From assembly GCA_964016885.1 (NCBI GenBank), contig OZ024740.1, positions 98,022,001 through 98,086,000 of the forward strand: 64,000 nt of DNA. The letters run 5' to 3'. Every line of letters begins with the position of its first letter. The stretch's first letter is position 1. This DNA comes from Eledone cirrhosa (taxonomy: Eukaryota). The notes under the pieces are model-generated. The model did not search any database. It was not told the origin of the DNA and worked only from the letters and a program-made list of their open reading frames with translations. The position numbers and the translations under genes are program-made. Positions 1 through 10,934 of this stretch are shown here, in pieces.

Positions 1-1256
1 TAACAATCAGATATCAGTGTTTATCTAAACTGTTAACACTGAATAATCAATTAATATCAAACTACAGTGCTGGAACAAGTGCCACATAGAGTATTACTCA
101 TCAACATGCATTCAATTTGCCTTTCATTCTTTCTCCATTGGTAGATCAGTATTGATGCAGCCTACTTTCCCTTTAATTGCAGCATCCTAGATGTTCTGCT
201 GGGTCAAGTGTGAGAAGTTCAAGCAGGCATCTGTTTTTGTTCACAACTATGAAGGTTGGGTGTCACTAAAGACCATTGACAAAGGCATTGATTCATGCTA
301 ATTCCAAGTTATTTTTAAATGTGTGTAAGTTTATATTTATATATATTTCTGTCTTTCTGTCTGTTACCAATGTTTGAAAACATTCAAATAAATATATCAT
401 GTGAATGAGACACAAAATCATTGTAAAAAATCAGACTGAACTAATACTTAATACATCATTTGCAATGGAAATATTGAAAAGTTGCAGTTACACTACTATG
501 GATGAATAAGGAATCACAGTAGCTGGGCAGGCATATATTTATACTATACTTTAATGAAGAATTACAATGAATAACTAGATAGAATATACTTATTTTATTT
601 GAAGCTTTTGTGAATGGTAAACTAGAGAAGACAGACTTAATCTGTCACCCGGTTTAACACTATCACCGAAGTCATGGATGACTTTAATAGAGTCTACTCA
701 ACTTCAAGAATTTAGCCTATATTTCCAGTTTAAGAATAATGGTCTCCTTTCATCCTACAAATTACAGGCATCTATTGGAATCATTAAAAATGCACCAATA
801 AATCATAACCAAATAAACATATTAATTCTTAAAAAAGAAACCAAAATAATTTTCAGCACATTAATCACCCAATTTGGTTGTTTTTTAGATTACAGATTAC
901 TTGGTGATTGATAGACACTAAACTAGTCTAGGGGTATGCATTCTATACATTGCCTTATAGTTTGTTGTAGGTACTTTTTATTGTCTGATGATTTACAGTC
1001 TCTATATAATGATGATTGTGTATGTATATAATGTTATAGTTTGGGAGGGTCATGCTGCCTATAAAAACACACAAACCTGTTTGTTTTTACTTTAATTTAT
1101 TATAAATAACTGGATGCTTGTATATATATTGTCAAAGCTTTTTCATCAATCAGCAGGTGCTTGTGTTTGAAGCATGACCCTCCAAAAACTATGACAATAT
1201 ATATTCCAACACACGTTTTCAAGTAAGAAATATTGCAAAAGAAATTAAAAACAAAG

Positions 1257-1288
<32 letters not shown>

Positions 1289-1289
1289 G

Positions 1290-1692
1290 GAAGTGTAACG
1301 TGAAGTTACTGTAGGTTCGCCCAGGTGAGCACTCGATGTTTAGGTTCACATCAGTGGCAAGGTGTAGAGCTAGACAGAGTGTAATATAATAATATAATAA
1401 TACAAGGACGATTTGTCAAGCCTTCATTACGTTTATTCATTAGTGACGTGCGTTTCACTATTGATCAGCTCAAAGTTTGATCTGGCCTGACTCTGGAATC
1501 AAAATAATCAAAACAACATAAATTGACCACCATATGAATGCGAAATGTTAGAGATTTATATGCTTTATATGTTCACTCTCTCATTACAACAGCAGAAGTC
1601 TGATGAGCTTTTGATTCTAGAGTCTCGCCAGATCGATACAGATCAAACCTTGAGCTGATCAATAGTGAAACACGCATCACCAATCAATAAAA
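1290..1692. mobile_element. Non-coding fold-back repeat (family A, PLE pLTR-like); left arm ~1430-1504 minus, right arm ~1610-1692 plus
   Basis: The reverse complement of 1430-1504 matches 1610-1692. Further copies lie at ~12065-12212 (minus) and ~54745-54848 (plus). Flanked on the left by (TA)n and carries a hammerhead motif. Confidence 0.7.
1597..1681 (+). ncRNA. Minimal type-I hammerhead ribozyme motif, family A (stem III decayed in this copy)
   Basis: AGT-CTGATGA-GCT(T)TTGAT...ATCAA(T)AGT-GAA-ACACGCAT-C-AC. The sister arm and the 54.79 kb copy read GAA-ACGCACGT-C-ACT, which restores stems III and I. Confidence 0.65.
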
Positions 1693-1854
1693 ATAATCCC
1701 ACTATAATATTTAACATTGCATCTTTAAGCATCGAACATGATTTGCTTTGGCTATAGGCATCTAATATATTATATCAAAGTTCTTTTTCCTCTATTCTTA
1801 TGATATATGTCTCTTACTTTAATATGCATACATACATATACATATATATCATCG

Positions 1855-2012
1855 GTAAATGTGGTTGGTGTTAGGAAGGGCATCCAGCCGTAGAAAACCC
1901 GCCAGACAGTCCTATACGAGCAAGACAGCCAATCTTGCCTCAAGTGGGAAAATTCCCGTCCAAACCGATGCTAGCGTGGAAGATGGACGTTAAACGATAA
2001 TGATGATGATGA
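1855..2012 (+). mobile_element. RTE LINE 3' UTR fragment ending in a (GAT)n tail
   Basis: GGTGTTAGGAAGGGCATCCAGCCGTAGAAA...GCTAGCGTGGAA..GGACGTTAAACGAT(GAT)n, matching the 3' ends at 5915-6085 and 15600-15762. Confidence 0.85.
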
Positions 2013-2378
2013 TCATCATCATCATCCTCATCATCAATTTATGTCCGCTTTGCCCTGCTTGCAAGGGTGGGATGGGAACTGATTCTGGCTTGATTTCTAC
2101 AGCTGGATGCCCTTCCTAACACCAACCTCATTTACAGTGAGTGCTGGCTGCCTTATTTTCCTTGGCGCCTACATGTTCACTTTACAGTGTGGGCTGGGTG
2201 CTTTTTTGCCGTGGCCCCTCCACTTTGCCGTCATCTCATTTCTACAGCTGAGTAAAGTAGAGCAATGTGAAATAAAGTGTCTTGCTCAAGGAAACAACAC
2301 ATCACCCGGTCTGAGAATTGAACTCACAACCTTTCGATTGCAAGCCCAATGCTCCAACCACTAAGCCATGCACCTTCA
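2013..2378 (-). mobile_element. tRNA-derived SINE with CORE-like centre and RTE-derived 3' part
   Basis: The minus strand shows an A box (TGGCTTAGTGG), a B box (GTTCAATTC), CCTTGAGCAAGACACTTT...CTGTAGAAATGAG, then sequence shared with the RTE 3' UTR and a (GAT)n tail. Other copies at 15.9, 16.5, 31.1 and 38.0 kb. Confidence 0.85.
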
Positions 2379-2651
2379 TCTATATATATATAATATAGAA
2401 TCAAATCAGTGCTGCAACATAGGTACAAACTTTATTGGTATATTACAAATGTTTCAATATTAATCAGCTCAGAGAACAATCATAATGATGTGGCCCGACT
2501 CTTTTTGGACATCTCGTCAGATATGTGAGTTTATATGTGCAAAAACACAGCTAAACTCAAGAATACAACTCACACGAGATGGACCTTATAGCAGTAATTT
2601 GAATGGTACACTCCCTGTAACTTTAGTTACACACCTAACACACACACATAC

Positions 2652-2724
<73 letters not shown>

Positions 2725-2729
<5 letters not shown>

Positions 2730-3368
2730 ATAAAGTATATATCCCTACACGCAAAAAGCGTCCAGGGACACATGTATTGTCCAACCATATGCCAATGTGG
2801 TTCAATGACAGGTTAATAAATTAATGAGCCAGAACATATATAATCAAGGATTAGCAAATAAGAAAAGGTTTCAAAATAAATTTCAAAAAATTCACTGTAC
2901 TCACTATGGTTACCTTTACTGAATCGGTTTCGAGTCTCAAAAGTAAATGGACAGTCTTTGTGGCCTTCCATTGAAAAAATAAACTCTCGTCAGAAGGTTC
3001 TTTTCACTCGGAGAATATAAAATTCCCAAGTTCAAATTACGAACTGGCGCTATTCAAAATTGTTCCCGAGATGAAAATGAATGATGTGGAAGCAATTCTA
3101 TCCAGTGCCGTGTGTAAAGATAGAAGCAGAGGAGAAAGATAGACCAAGAGGAGAATAATAATAATAAAGTACATATCCCTACATGCAAAAAGCGTCCAGG
3201 GACACATGTATTGTCCAAACATATGCCAATGTGGTTCAATGACAGGTTAATAAATTAACCAGCCAGAACATTGAGACTCGAAACCGATTCGGTAAAGGTA
3301 ACCATAGTGAGTACAGTGAACTTTTTGAAATTTATTTTGAAACTTTTTCTTATTTGCTAAACCTTGAT
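2725..3368. mobile_element. Non-coding PLE pLTR-like element (family B) with both a direct and an inverted repeat
   Basis: 2725-2835 is directly repeated at 3158-3270, and 2841-2940 is inverted at 3271-3368. (TA)n lies on both sides and a hammerhead motif is present. Confidence 0.75.
2912..2998 (-). ncRNA. Type-I hammerhead ribozyme motif, family B
   Basis: Minus strand: ACCTT-CTGACGA-GAGT...ACTC-GAA-ACCGA(T)TCAGT-A-AAGGT. The partial plus-strand arm (~3280-3299) has the perfect stem III ACCGA-T-TCGGT. Confidence 0.8.
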
Positions 3369-3456
3369 TATATATATATATATATAGATATACCCATGCT
3401 AGCATGGAAGATAAATGTTAAACGATGATGATGGTGATGATGATAACCATATATAT

Positions 3457-6085
3457 TAGTTGTCAGCGACCTCACGGTCAGAACTAGACGAGCCCTGAAA
3501 CAGAGGCCAACCTGGAGAAGAAAGATCTGGAAGCTGAAAGTCCCCTCAACCAGTAACAGATTTAAAGATACTTTACTCAACGCCTACGACAGTAAAGAAG
3601 AACAGATAGAGACATTTAACGTAGAAGAGAACTGGGAGTTCCTAAAAAATAACTTACTAGAGGCGACGGATGAGGTTTGTGGCTGGAGTAAGACCTCAAG
3701 CAGGAGGAGAGTGACTTGGTGGTGGAACAATAAGGTAGATGAAGCAGTCAAGGCCAAGAGACAGGCATGGAAAGAATGGAAGAACGGGGGGAGCAGGGTA
3801 CATTACATAGAGACCAAGAGGGAAGCTAGGCGACAAGTATACTTAGCTAGGAGGGAAGCAGAGGATAGAAAATTCAAGCATGTTTTACAACGTGAGGACC
3901 AGAAACAGGAGGTATTCAAGATTGCGAGGCAGTGTGTCAGAGATAGTTGTGATGTCATTGGAGAGAAGTGTATCCGGAATGATAAAGGTGAGCTTGCCCT
4001 CACAAGTGCTGAGAAGAAAGATGCATGGAAGAGTCATTATGATAGATTACTAAATGAGGAGAATGCATGGGAAGAAGAGACCCTACCCCACGTAGACCCT
4101 ATAGAGGGACCAGCAGTACAAGTCAGCGGCAGCGTAGTAAGTAAGGCAATCAGAGATATGAAGATAGGGAAGGCAACCGGTCCATCGGGTATAGCTGCCG
4201 AGATGCTGAAGGCATCTGGGTCTGTAGGTCACACTATAACCACACGTATCGTTAACCAGGTAATACTAGAGGGGGCCATACCAAAAGATTGGTGCAGCAG
4301 CATCATTGTCAACTGCTACAAAGGTAAAGGCGATGCACTAGATAGAGGAAACTATAGAGGTATAAAGTTGATGGACCAGGTCATGAAAGTAACAGAAAGA
4401 GTTATAGCACAGCTGATTAGGGACCGGGTGAATATAGACGAGATGCAATTTGGGTTTGTACCAGGGAAAGGCACCACTGATGCGCTCTTCCTTGTGAGGC
4501 AATTACAGGAAAAGTACCTAGCTAAAAGTAAGCCACTCTACTTGGCATTTGTCGACCTTGAGAAAGCCTTTGACAGAGTTCCACGTGCAGTAATCTGGTG
4601 GGCTCTTAGAAAACTAGGAGTAGATGAATGGCTTGTGAAAGCGGTACAAGCCATGTATAGGGGAGCAGTCAGCAAAGTTAGGATTGGCAATGAGTATAGC
4701 GAGGAATTTAGCGTACAGGTTGGGGTCCACCAGGGCTCTGTTCTTAGCCCTCTCCTGTTCATCATAGTCCTGCAGGCAATAACGGAGGAGTTTAAGACCG
4801 GATGCCCATGGGAACTCCTGTATGCTGATGACCTCGCACTCATAGCTGAATCTATGGTAGAACTAGAGAATAAATTCCAAACCTGGAAGCAGGGACTAGA
4901 GAGAAAGGGCCTCAAAGTCAACATGACAAAGACTAAGGTCCTTATAAGTAGACGAGAAAACAGAACCCAGATCCCCTCAGGGAAATGGCCTTGCTCAGTA
5001 TGTAGGAAAGGTGTAGGTAGGAACTCCATTCTCTGCCCCAAATGCAAACAATGGGTACACAAGAGATGTAGCGGGATCTCAGGAAGCTTAATTAAGAATG
5101 TAGGATTCACATGCAGCAGCTGTGCTGAAACAGCAAGCAAACAGCCACAGGAAACAAGTACCACCAATCTCTGGGAGGGCCCTGTAGAAACAGTAGACAG
5201 CTTCTGCTACCTAGGTGACCGAATTAGCAACGGAGGTGGGTGCTCAGAAAGTACAATAACTAGGGTAAGAACGGGATGGAAGAAGTTTAGGGAACTACTA
5301 CCACTGCTAGCTGCAAAAGGCTTCTCCCTCAGAATGAAAGGCAGACTGTATGATGCGTGTATCCGAACAGCGATGTTGCATGGTAGTGAGACCTGGGCGC
5401 TGAAGGTGGAAGACTTACGTAGATTAGAGAGAAACGAAGCCTGCATGCTCCGATGGATGTGTAACAGTAATATACGTGAACGACAAAGCATAAATGAATT
5501 GAGAGAGAGACTGAGCATAAGAGGAATCAAATGCTGCGTGCAGGAGAGGCGGTTACGCTGGTATGGACATGTGATGCGTATGAAGGTTGACAGCTGCATA
5601 AAAAGGTGCAGAGCACTAGAAGTTGATGGAAACCGCGGAGTGGGGAGACCCAAGATGACTTGGGATGAGGTGATAAAAGCCGACCTTACCCAACTACACC
5701 TCTCAAAGTCAATGACACACGACCGTGACTTCTGGCGTCACGCAGTAATACAGGGTACCCGACCTCCCATGGGTACATGCTGAAGCATATAAACAATATG
5801 CCCCCCCCCCCCACCGCAAGGTGGTCGTGGAGGTGCCACGGCAAAAAAGCACCCAGCCCACACTGTAAAGTGGACGTGTAGGCGCCACGAAAAAGCACCC
5901 AGCACTCACTGTAAATGAGGTTGGTGTTAGGAAGGGCATCCAGCTGTAGAAATCAAGCCAGATCAGTTCCTGTATGAGCAAGGCATGGTCAGCCGACCAG
6001 ACACTGCCCACAACAGGACAACCCGTCTAACCCATGCTAGCGTGGAAGAACGGACGTAAAACGGTGATGATGATGATGATGATGA
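3457..6085 (+). mobile_element. 5'-truncated RTE-clade LINE
   Basis: Coding homology starts at LVVSDLTVR (end of the APE domain), with a frameshift near 3700. The open RT ORF is followed by a ~300-nt 3' UTR, a terminal hairpin CCATGCTAGCGTGG and a (GAT)n tail. Confidence 0.95.
3711..5783 (+). CDS. RTE LINE reverse transcriptase (N-terminally truncated ORF) with an internal C4HC3 PHD-like finger
   Basis: Motifs YKGKG..NYRGI, QFGF, FVDLEKAFD, GVHQGSVLSPLLF, LYADD, FCYLG, GSETW, RLRWYGHV and GRPK are present, with no internal stops over 690 aa. The start codon is not native. Confidence 0.93.
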   Translation: MTWWWNNKVDEAVKAKRQAWKEWKNGGSRVHYIETKREARRQVYLARREAEDRKFKHVLQREDQKQEVFKIARQCVRDSCDVIGEKCIRNDKGELALTSAEKKDAWKSHYDRLLNEENAWEEETLPHVDPIEGPAVQVSGSVVSKAIRDMKIGKATGPSGIAAEMLKASGSVGHTITTRIVNQVILEGAIPKDWCSSIIVNCYKGKGDALDRGNYRGIKLMDQVMKVTERVIAQLIRDRVNIDEMQFGFVPGKGTTDALFLVRQLQEKYLAKSKPLYLAFVDLEKAFDRVPRAVIWWALRKLGVDEWLVKAVQAMYRGAVSKVRIGNEYSEEFSVQVGVHQGSVLSPLLFIIVLQAITEEFKTGCPWELLYADDLALIAESMVELENKFQTWKQGLERKGLKVNMTKTKVLISRRENRTQIPSGKWPCSVCRKGVGRNSILCPKCKQWVHKRCSGISGSLIKNVGFTCSSCAETASKQPQETSTTNLWEGPVETVDSFCYLGDRISNGGGCSESTITRVRTGWKKFRELLPLLAAKGFSLRMKGRLYDACIRTAMLHGSETWALKVEDLRRLERNEACMLRWMCNSNIRERQSINELRERLSIRGIKCCVQERRLRWYGHVMRMKVDSCIKRCRALEVDGNRGVGRPKMTWDEVIKADLTQLHLSKSMTHDRDFWRHAVIQGTRPPMGTC

Positions 6086-6208
6086 TACATGATCAAGAAG
6101 ATAATTTGTGGGACCATATTTTGCTTATATATTTTATATTTGTTTTCATTTCCTAACACCAAACTTTACAGAATGTGCTGTGGACATTTTTATCATGATA
6201 TATATATA

Positions 6209-6254
<46 letters not shown>

Positions 6255-6405
6255 GAGTTAAACAAGATTCAATGAGTACATCAAAGAATGAGTTTTACAG
6301 TAGATTGGAAGCAATCTACAGTTAGAAAAAAAAAAAAAAATTTTCCAGAATTATTAATATTAAGATACAAATATTAATAAAATAGATGTTCTTTTGATCA
6401 ATTAA

Positions 6406-6458
6406 ATTTTATTATACATATTTCAGAGGTACAACAGTACGTCCTCATCAGACAAAAT
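6406..6458 (-). ncRNA. Minimal type-I hammerhead ribozyme motif, family C
   Basis: Minus strand: ATTTTGT-CTGATGA-GGA(C)GTAC-TGTT-GTAC(C)TCT-GAA-ATA-TG-TAT-A-ATAAAAT, giving a 7-bp stem I and an AUA cleavage triplet. Confidence 0.8.
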
Positions 6459-6580
6459 ATAATGATACATGACATACCCTGAGATGTTAAATGGTTAAGA
6501 TTTAATCACTACCTTGATTAAATCTTAACCATTTAACATCTCAGGGTATGTCATGTATCATTATATTTTGTCTGATGAGT

Positions 6581-6768
6581 GCGGTGGATTGGCAGTATCG
6601 GTAGAGAGTCGGACACCATGCTTTCCAGCATATTTACGTCCATTTACAGTCTGAGTTCAAATCCCGCCGAGGTTTACTTTGCCTTTCATCCTTACGGGGT
6701 CGATAAAATAAAGTACCAGTAATACACTGGGTAATTGCTGGCCTTGTGCCTAAAGTAGAAACAATTAT
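6581..6768 (+). mobile_element. tRNA-derived SINE (second family; central motif CTTTCATCC..GGGGTCGATAAAATAAAGTACCAG, Meta-domain-like from memory)
   Basis: A box TGGCAGTATCGG and B box GAGTTCAAATCCC. A near-identical copy lies at 48520-48708. Confidence 0.85.
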
Positions 6769-6807
6769 ATTTTGATCAAAAGAACATCTATTTTATTATT
6801 ATTTGTA

Positions 6808-6843
<36 letters not shown>

Positions 6844-7703
6844 TGATGGTGATGATATGTGTGGAGGAGTGTTCGTCTATACAAACTAAAATTTAAACTG
6901 CCATATCAGGATACTGCTTATATTATTGTTACTGTGAAGCCATAGTAGCAACTCAGTGGCCTGAGTGTTCATGCTTATTTCCCTTATGAATGATGTTTCT
7001 TGTCCTTGAGTCACTGATATAGCTTCACAGCAATAATAATAATATATATAAATGATACACAAACACAGACACCCACCCATACACACACATATTTATGTAT
7101 ATATTTTCTGAGTGGTTGGATCAATATACTTAAGGTTAACGAGACAACTTCCTGAATTGATTTCTTTTACCTGTTTATTCAATGCATATGACTGTTTATT
7201 CTCCTCATCCTGAGACACTAGATTAATACACAATACCTCAGCCTTTGTATAAATAATAGCTCTTTAAAAACTCTGCCTACAAATGTTACCAATCCCTAGG
7301 ATACACAAGGAGGGTGGATATGGTGGTGGTAGGGCAAAGAGAGCAACAAAGAAAGTAAAAACAAAATCAATTAAAGGTTTGTTAAGATATTAAAGTGTGT
7401 ATGCGTGTTTGTGTGTTTGTATATATGCGTGTTTGTGTTTCGTTTATGTGTGTGCATCTTAGATGGAAAACAACTAAAAATAAACAGCAAAAAACTATGA
7501 ACGTTGTTTTGTCATGAGTGCATTCCCCACTTGAGGACAGTATACAAACAAATGGTTCATGTTAAACATACCAATGAAATAGATTTCTAATCAATATGGC
7601 TATCCTAACAGAGCATAGCATGAATCGTGGTGATGATGATGTTGTAACTAATGATGATAGTTGTAGTAGTTGCAGTAGAAGCAGTGGTAGTAGTAGCAAT
7701 AAC

Positions 7704-7769
<66 letters not shown>
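7704..7769. repeat. (AGT)n microsatellite
   Basis: Direct reading of the sequence; it produces the spurious poly-Ser and poly-Tyr ORFs. Confidence 0.97.
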
Positions 7770-8244
7770 TATTGTTGCTGTTAAATAACAATAAACATTT
7801 CTCTATTTGCCACAAGGTCAATGTATCTGTAGACATTAAGAATAATATTACTAAGGAAAGAAGTAGAATAGTTTGATTAATGATAAGAAAAAGAAATAAT
7901 TATAACAATACAAAAACAAATCAATAAAAGTTAACAAGGAAAGCCTCTCCACTAAGATTCCTGAGGGTAATTCAAGGGAAACACCATGCAATCCCTGGAT
8001 CACTCTGTCATGTCAAAGGCATTGAATGTGCCATCTGGTTTCTTTCTTTCTGCTAAGAAAAGCATTATCAGAGTAAGCCCATTTAGCTATGTAAAAATTG
8101 CTGCTTTTACCCACCTTTCATAAAACACACTAGAGGGCTGCACATGCCTCTCTACCATCACATCCTTGTAACACTGGTACATGAGTAAGTTAAATAGCTA
8201 GATCTGACCTACATGTGATAGCAGCTTTTCAACATAAGATCACA

Positions 8245-8400
8245 ATAATGGTTTCTGATTTAGGCACAAAGGCCAAAAATTTGTGGCTAGGACAAAGTCA
8301 ATTGAATCGACCCCAGTACATTACTGGTACTTTATTTTATCAACCCTGTCAGGATGAAAAGCCAAGCTAATCTTGGCAGGATATGAACTCAGAACATAAA
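8245..8400 (-). mobile_element. Older SINE copy (second family)
   Basis: CTGGTACTTTATTTTATCAACCC..AGGATGAAA..GAACTCAGAAC is the reverse complement of the 6581 family. Similar decayed copies at ~10075-10215, ~10562-10775 and ~17105-17250 (minus), and ~47290-47440 and ~47880-48020 (plus). Confidence 0.75.
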
Positions 8401-8419
8401 AGGCCATCAATGATAAAAT

Positions 8420-10050
8420 GTCCAAAAATCTACCTAAGGTAATTTGATACAAAAAAACCCACACAGATTTCCAGTTTACACTGAATCACCGAAGGCACTG
8501 AAAGTACCCTTGTTCAGTTTCATTTTATACTGACTTAGCAAAGCATTGTCAGCATGGGACCATTTAGCCTCATCAATCTTGCTACTGTCAGCAAATTTTC
8601 ATGAAACACTCATGGAGGTAGAAATTCTCACTCCACCCTGACTTTCCTCTTCAAGTTGTATTTGAAGTTAATGGGAATTTGGCTGAAAAGGACATTTGTT
8701 GTTTTCAAAACTTTTTCTCATATCTCCACACATGTTTTACCATAGCCACTATGCAGAAGAGAACTTGCTTCTGTTTCTTGCCAATGGAAGGTGGCAGTTG
8801 GATTTTCAATATAGTTTTGGTTGTCATCCAGATGCATTCTACACACGATAACTATTTAGAAGAAGCTCAATGGTTTCATCACCTCAAACATGTTTGTCTG
8901 CAGAGTTTGACTTGGACATAAAATGCTACCCTCTGAACGTCCCCCAGAAGAGTTAGCTCCTATTATCTTCATCAATGTCCAGATTGGTTCCTAGGTCATC
9001 ATCATTAATTATTTCCTCTATATAAAATAAATATTATTTTCTGGATGCTCATTGTTTTGTACAGTTGATAGAGTGCTGTGTGTGTCTAGTAGCATTATAG
9101 ATATAAGATGCCCATCCTTGGACTACCCTTGACATAAAACAGCAGCTATACTAAGAAGATGAGCTCTAAAAAAATGTATCTAACAAAAGGCACTTACACC
9201 AGTTGCTCACTGCCATCATTATTTTGGGAGTTGGGTATTTCTACAAGTGCATCAGCCTCAGCATATGGCTACATATCATCAGCAATGGCATTCTAAGATT
9301 ACCACAAAACAGCTATTGGCAGTAGATGAATTTCTAGACACATGTTATGTAACAGTATGTGTTTCACATTAGTCAAATGTTTCTTGGAATATGGCACTAT
9401 GGCCAGGTAGTAGTGATGTAGGCATACACTGCTTCAGCTCAATCTTTCTAGGGTGGCTTACTCTCAGCCCATTTCTGAGTGACAGTGTCTATTTTGCTCA
9501 CAATCTCTTTCTAATTCTTGTCTACTGGGAGGTCTGCTCTGAATTAGACCACAACAGAAATTGACTCAGAAAGAAATGGAGCTGGATTTCCCTGAACTGA
9601 GTTGAAAGCCCACTAATGTGTCCTGGTTTATGTGTGCTCTCATTACTTACTGGTTGAACTCTTCCAGTAAGGTCTGCACTACCACCAAATCCAATGTTTT
9701 CATCACCATCATAGTGATATTATCTGCAAAGGCACACATTGTTCTTGTGTCACTGGTTGAGTGGGAGGCTGTTCACAGATTCATCATCTCTAGAGCCAAT
9801 ATATAGGGGAGAGAGTAATGAGAGCACCCTAATATATAAAGCCTATAATGCTGAAGGGTTCTGAGAACTGGCCATTTAGTTTCAGCCCTGAACAGATGTC
9901 ATTATACATTGTGGTAGTCCAATCTCAATAAACAGAACCCTTATCAGCTGTTCTTAGAACATCCCCGAGGAGGTTATGGTCAACCCTGTCAAATGATTTC
10001 AACAAGTACATACCAGAGATATACTAGTGCCCACTGGAGTAATGTTTAAT
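8420..10050 (-). pseudogene. Heavily decayed non-LTR retrotransposon RT, Tx1/L1-type
   Basis: Minus-strand remnants read KSFDRVDH (~9975-10000), a disrupted GCS..SP.YILALE (~9790-9830) and AFADNI (~9720-9735). These fit the KAFDRVDH / QGCPLSPLLY / ADD pattern. Confidence 0.55.
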
Positions 10051-10934
10051 CCTGATCCATTCTATAAATAATAATTGTTCCTACTTTTGGCAAAAGGTAG
10101 GTAATTTTAAAGGGAAGACAAAGTTTATTAAATTTAACCCAGTGCATTGCTGGCACTTTTTTTATTGACCACGTAAGGGTGAAGGCAAAGCTAACCACAG
10201 TAGGATTTGAATTTTACAATAATGAAAATCATTTCTTACATTAGCACAATATCTTACCTTTGGGATTAGTGTGGTTATTTCCCCTAGTTCCGGATACTTT
10301 ATTTTATTGAGAGAATGAGAGAATGAGAGAATGAGAGAATAAAGGAGAAATTTGGTCCCAGCAAGAATTAGTTTCTAGAAGAGTTATGAGGTCAAAAATT
10401 TGGCGTGAGGCAAAATAGTAATAATATTTACACCAGTAATTAACTGGTATCTATTTTATCAATCCTGGTAGGATAACACAACAAAGCATTTTATCCAAAA
10501 CATTAATGATTCTGATTATCCACAATAATGAGATTACTACAACTACTACTACATATGATAATAATGGTTTCTGATTTAGGTACAAGGCCAACATTTTCGG
10601 GGTAGGGAAAAGTCGATTAAAATCGCACCCAGTACATTATTTTATTTTATTGACCTCATAAGGATGAAAGGCAAATCTAACCACGGCAGGATTTGAAATC
10701 AGAACACAAAGGACTGTAACTCTATGCCATGGATCATGTAGTCCAATGCTCTACCGGTATTGCTATTTTAACACCCTAATTATAATAATAACAAAAACAT
10801 TTATGATGAATACAAAGTGGTAATAAGGAGTTGATGGAGGTGCAGCAGAAACATATTTATTAGATCACAACTGTACTTTCTGGGGCCATTGAGGTTATTG
10901 AACTGCACCAAGATGCTTCTATTTTTATATATGA

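Larger units (their letters stand above)
6345..6812. mobile_element. Fold-back element (family C) with a perfect 65-bp hairpin, right arm interrupted by a SINE
   Basis: 6444-6508 and 6515-6579 are perfect inverted arms around the loop CTACCT. The outer segments ~6358-6400 and ~6773-6815 are also inverted. Confidence 0.85.

Noticed and set aside
2300-2378. tRNA-like sequences (also 6581, 16830, 39300, 48520)
   Set aside because: They have A/B boxes but run directly into SINE bodies and lack a full cloverleaf, so they are SINE heads rather than tRNA genes.
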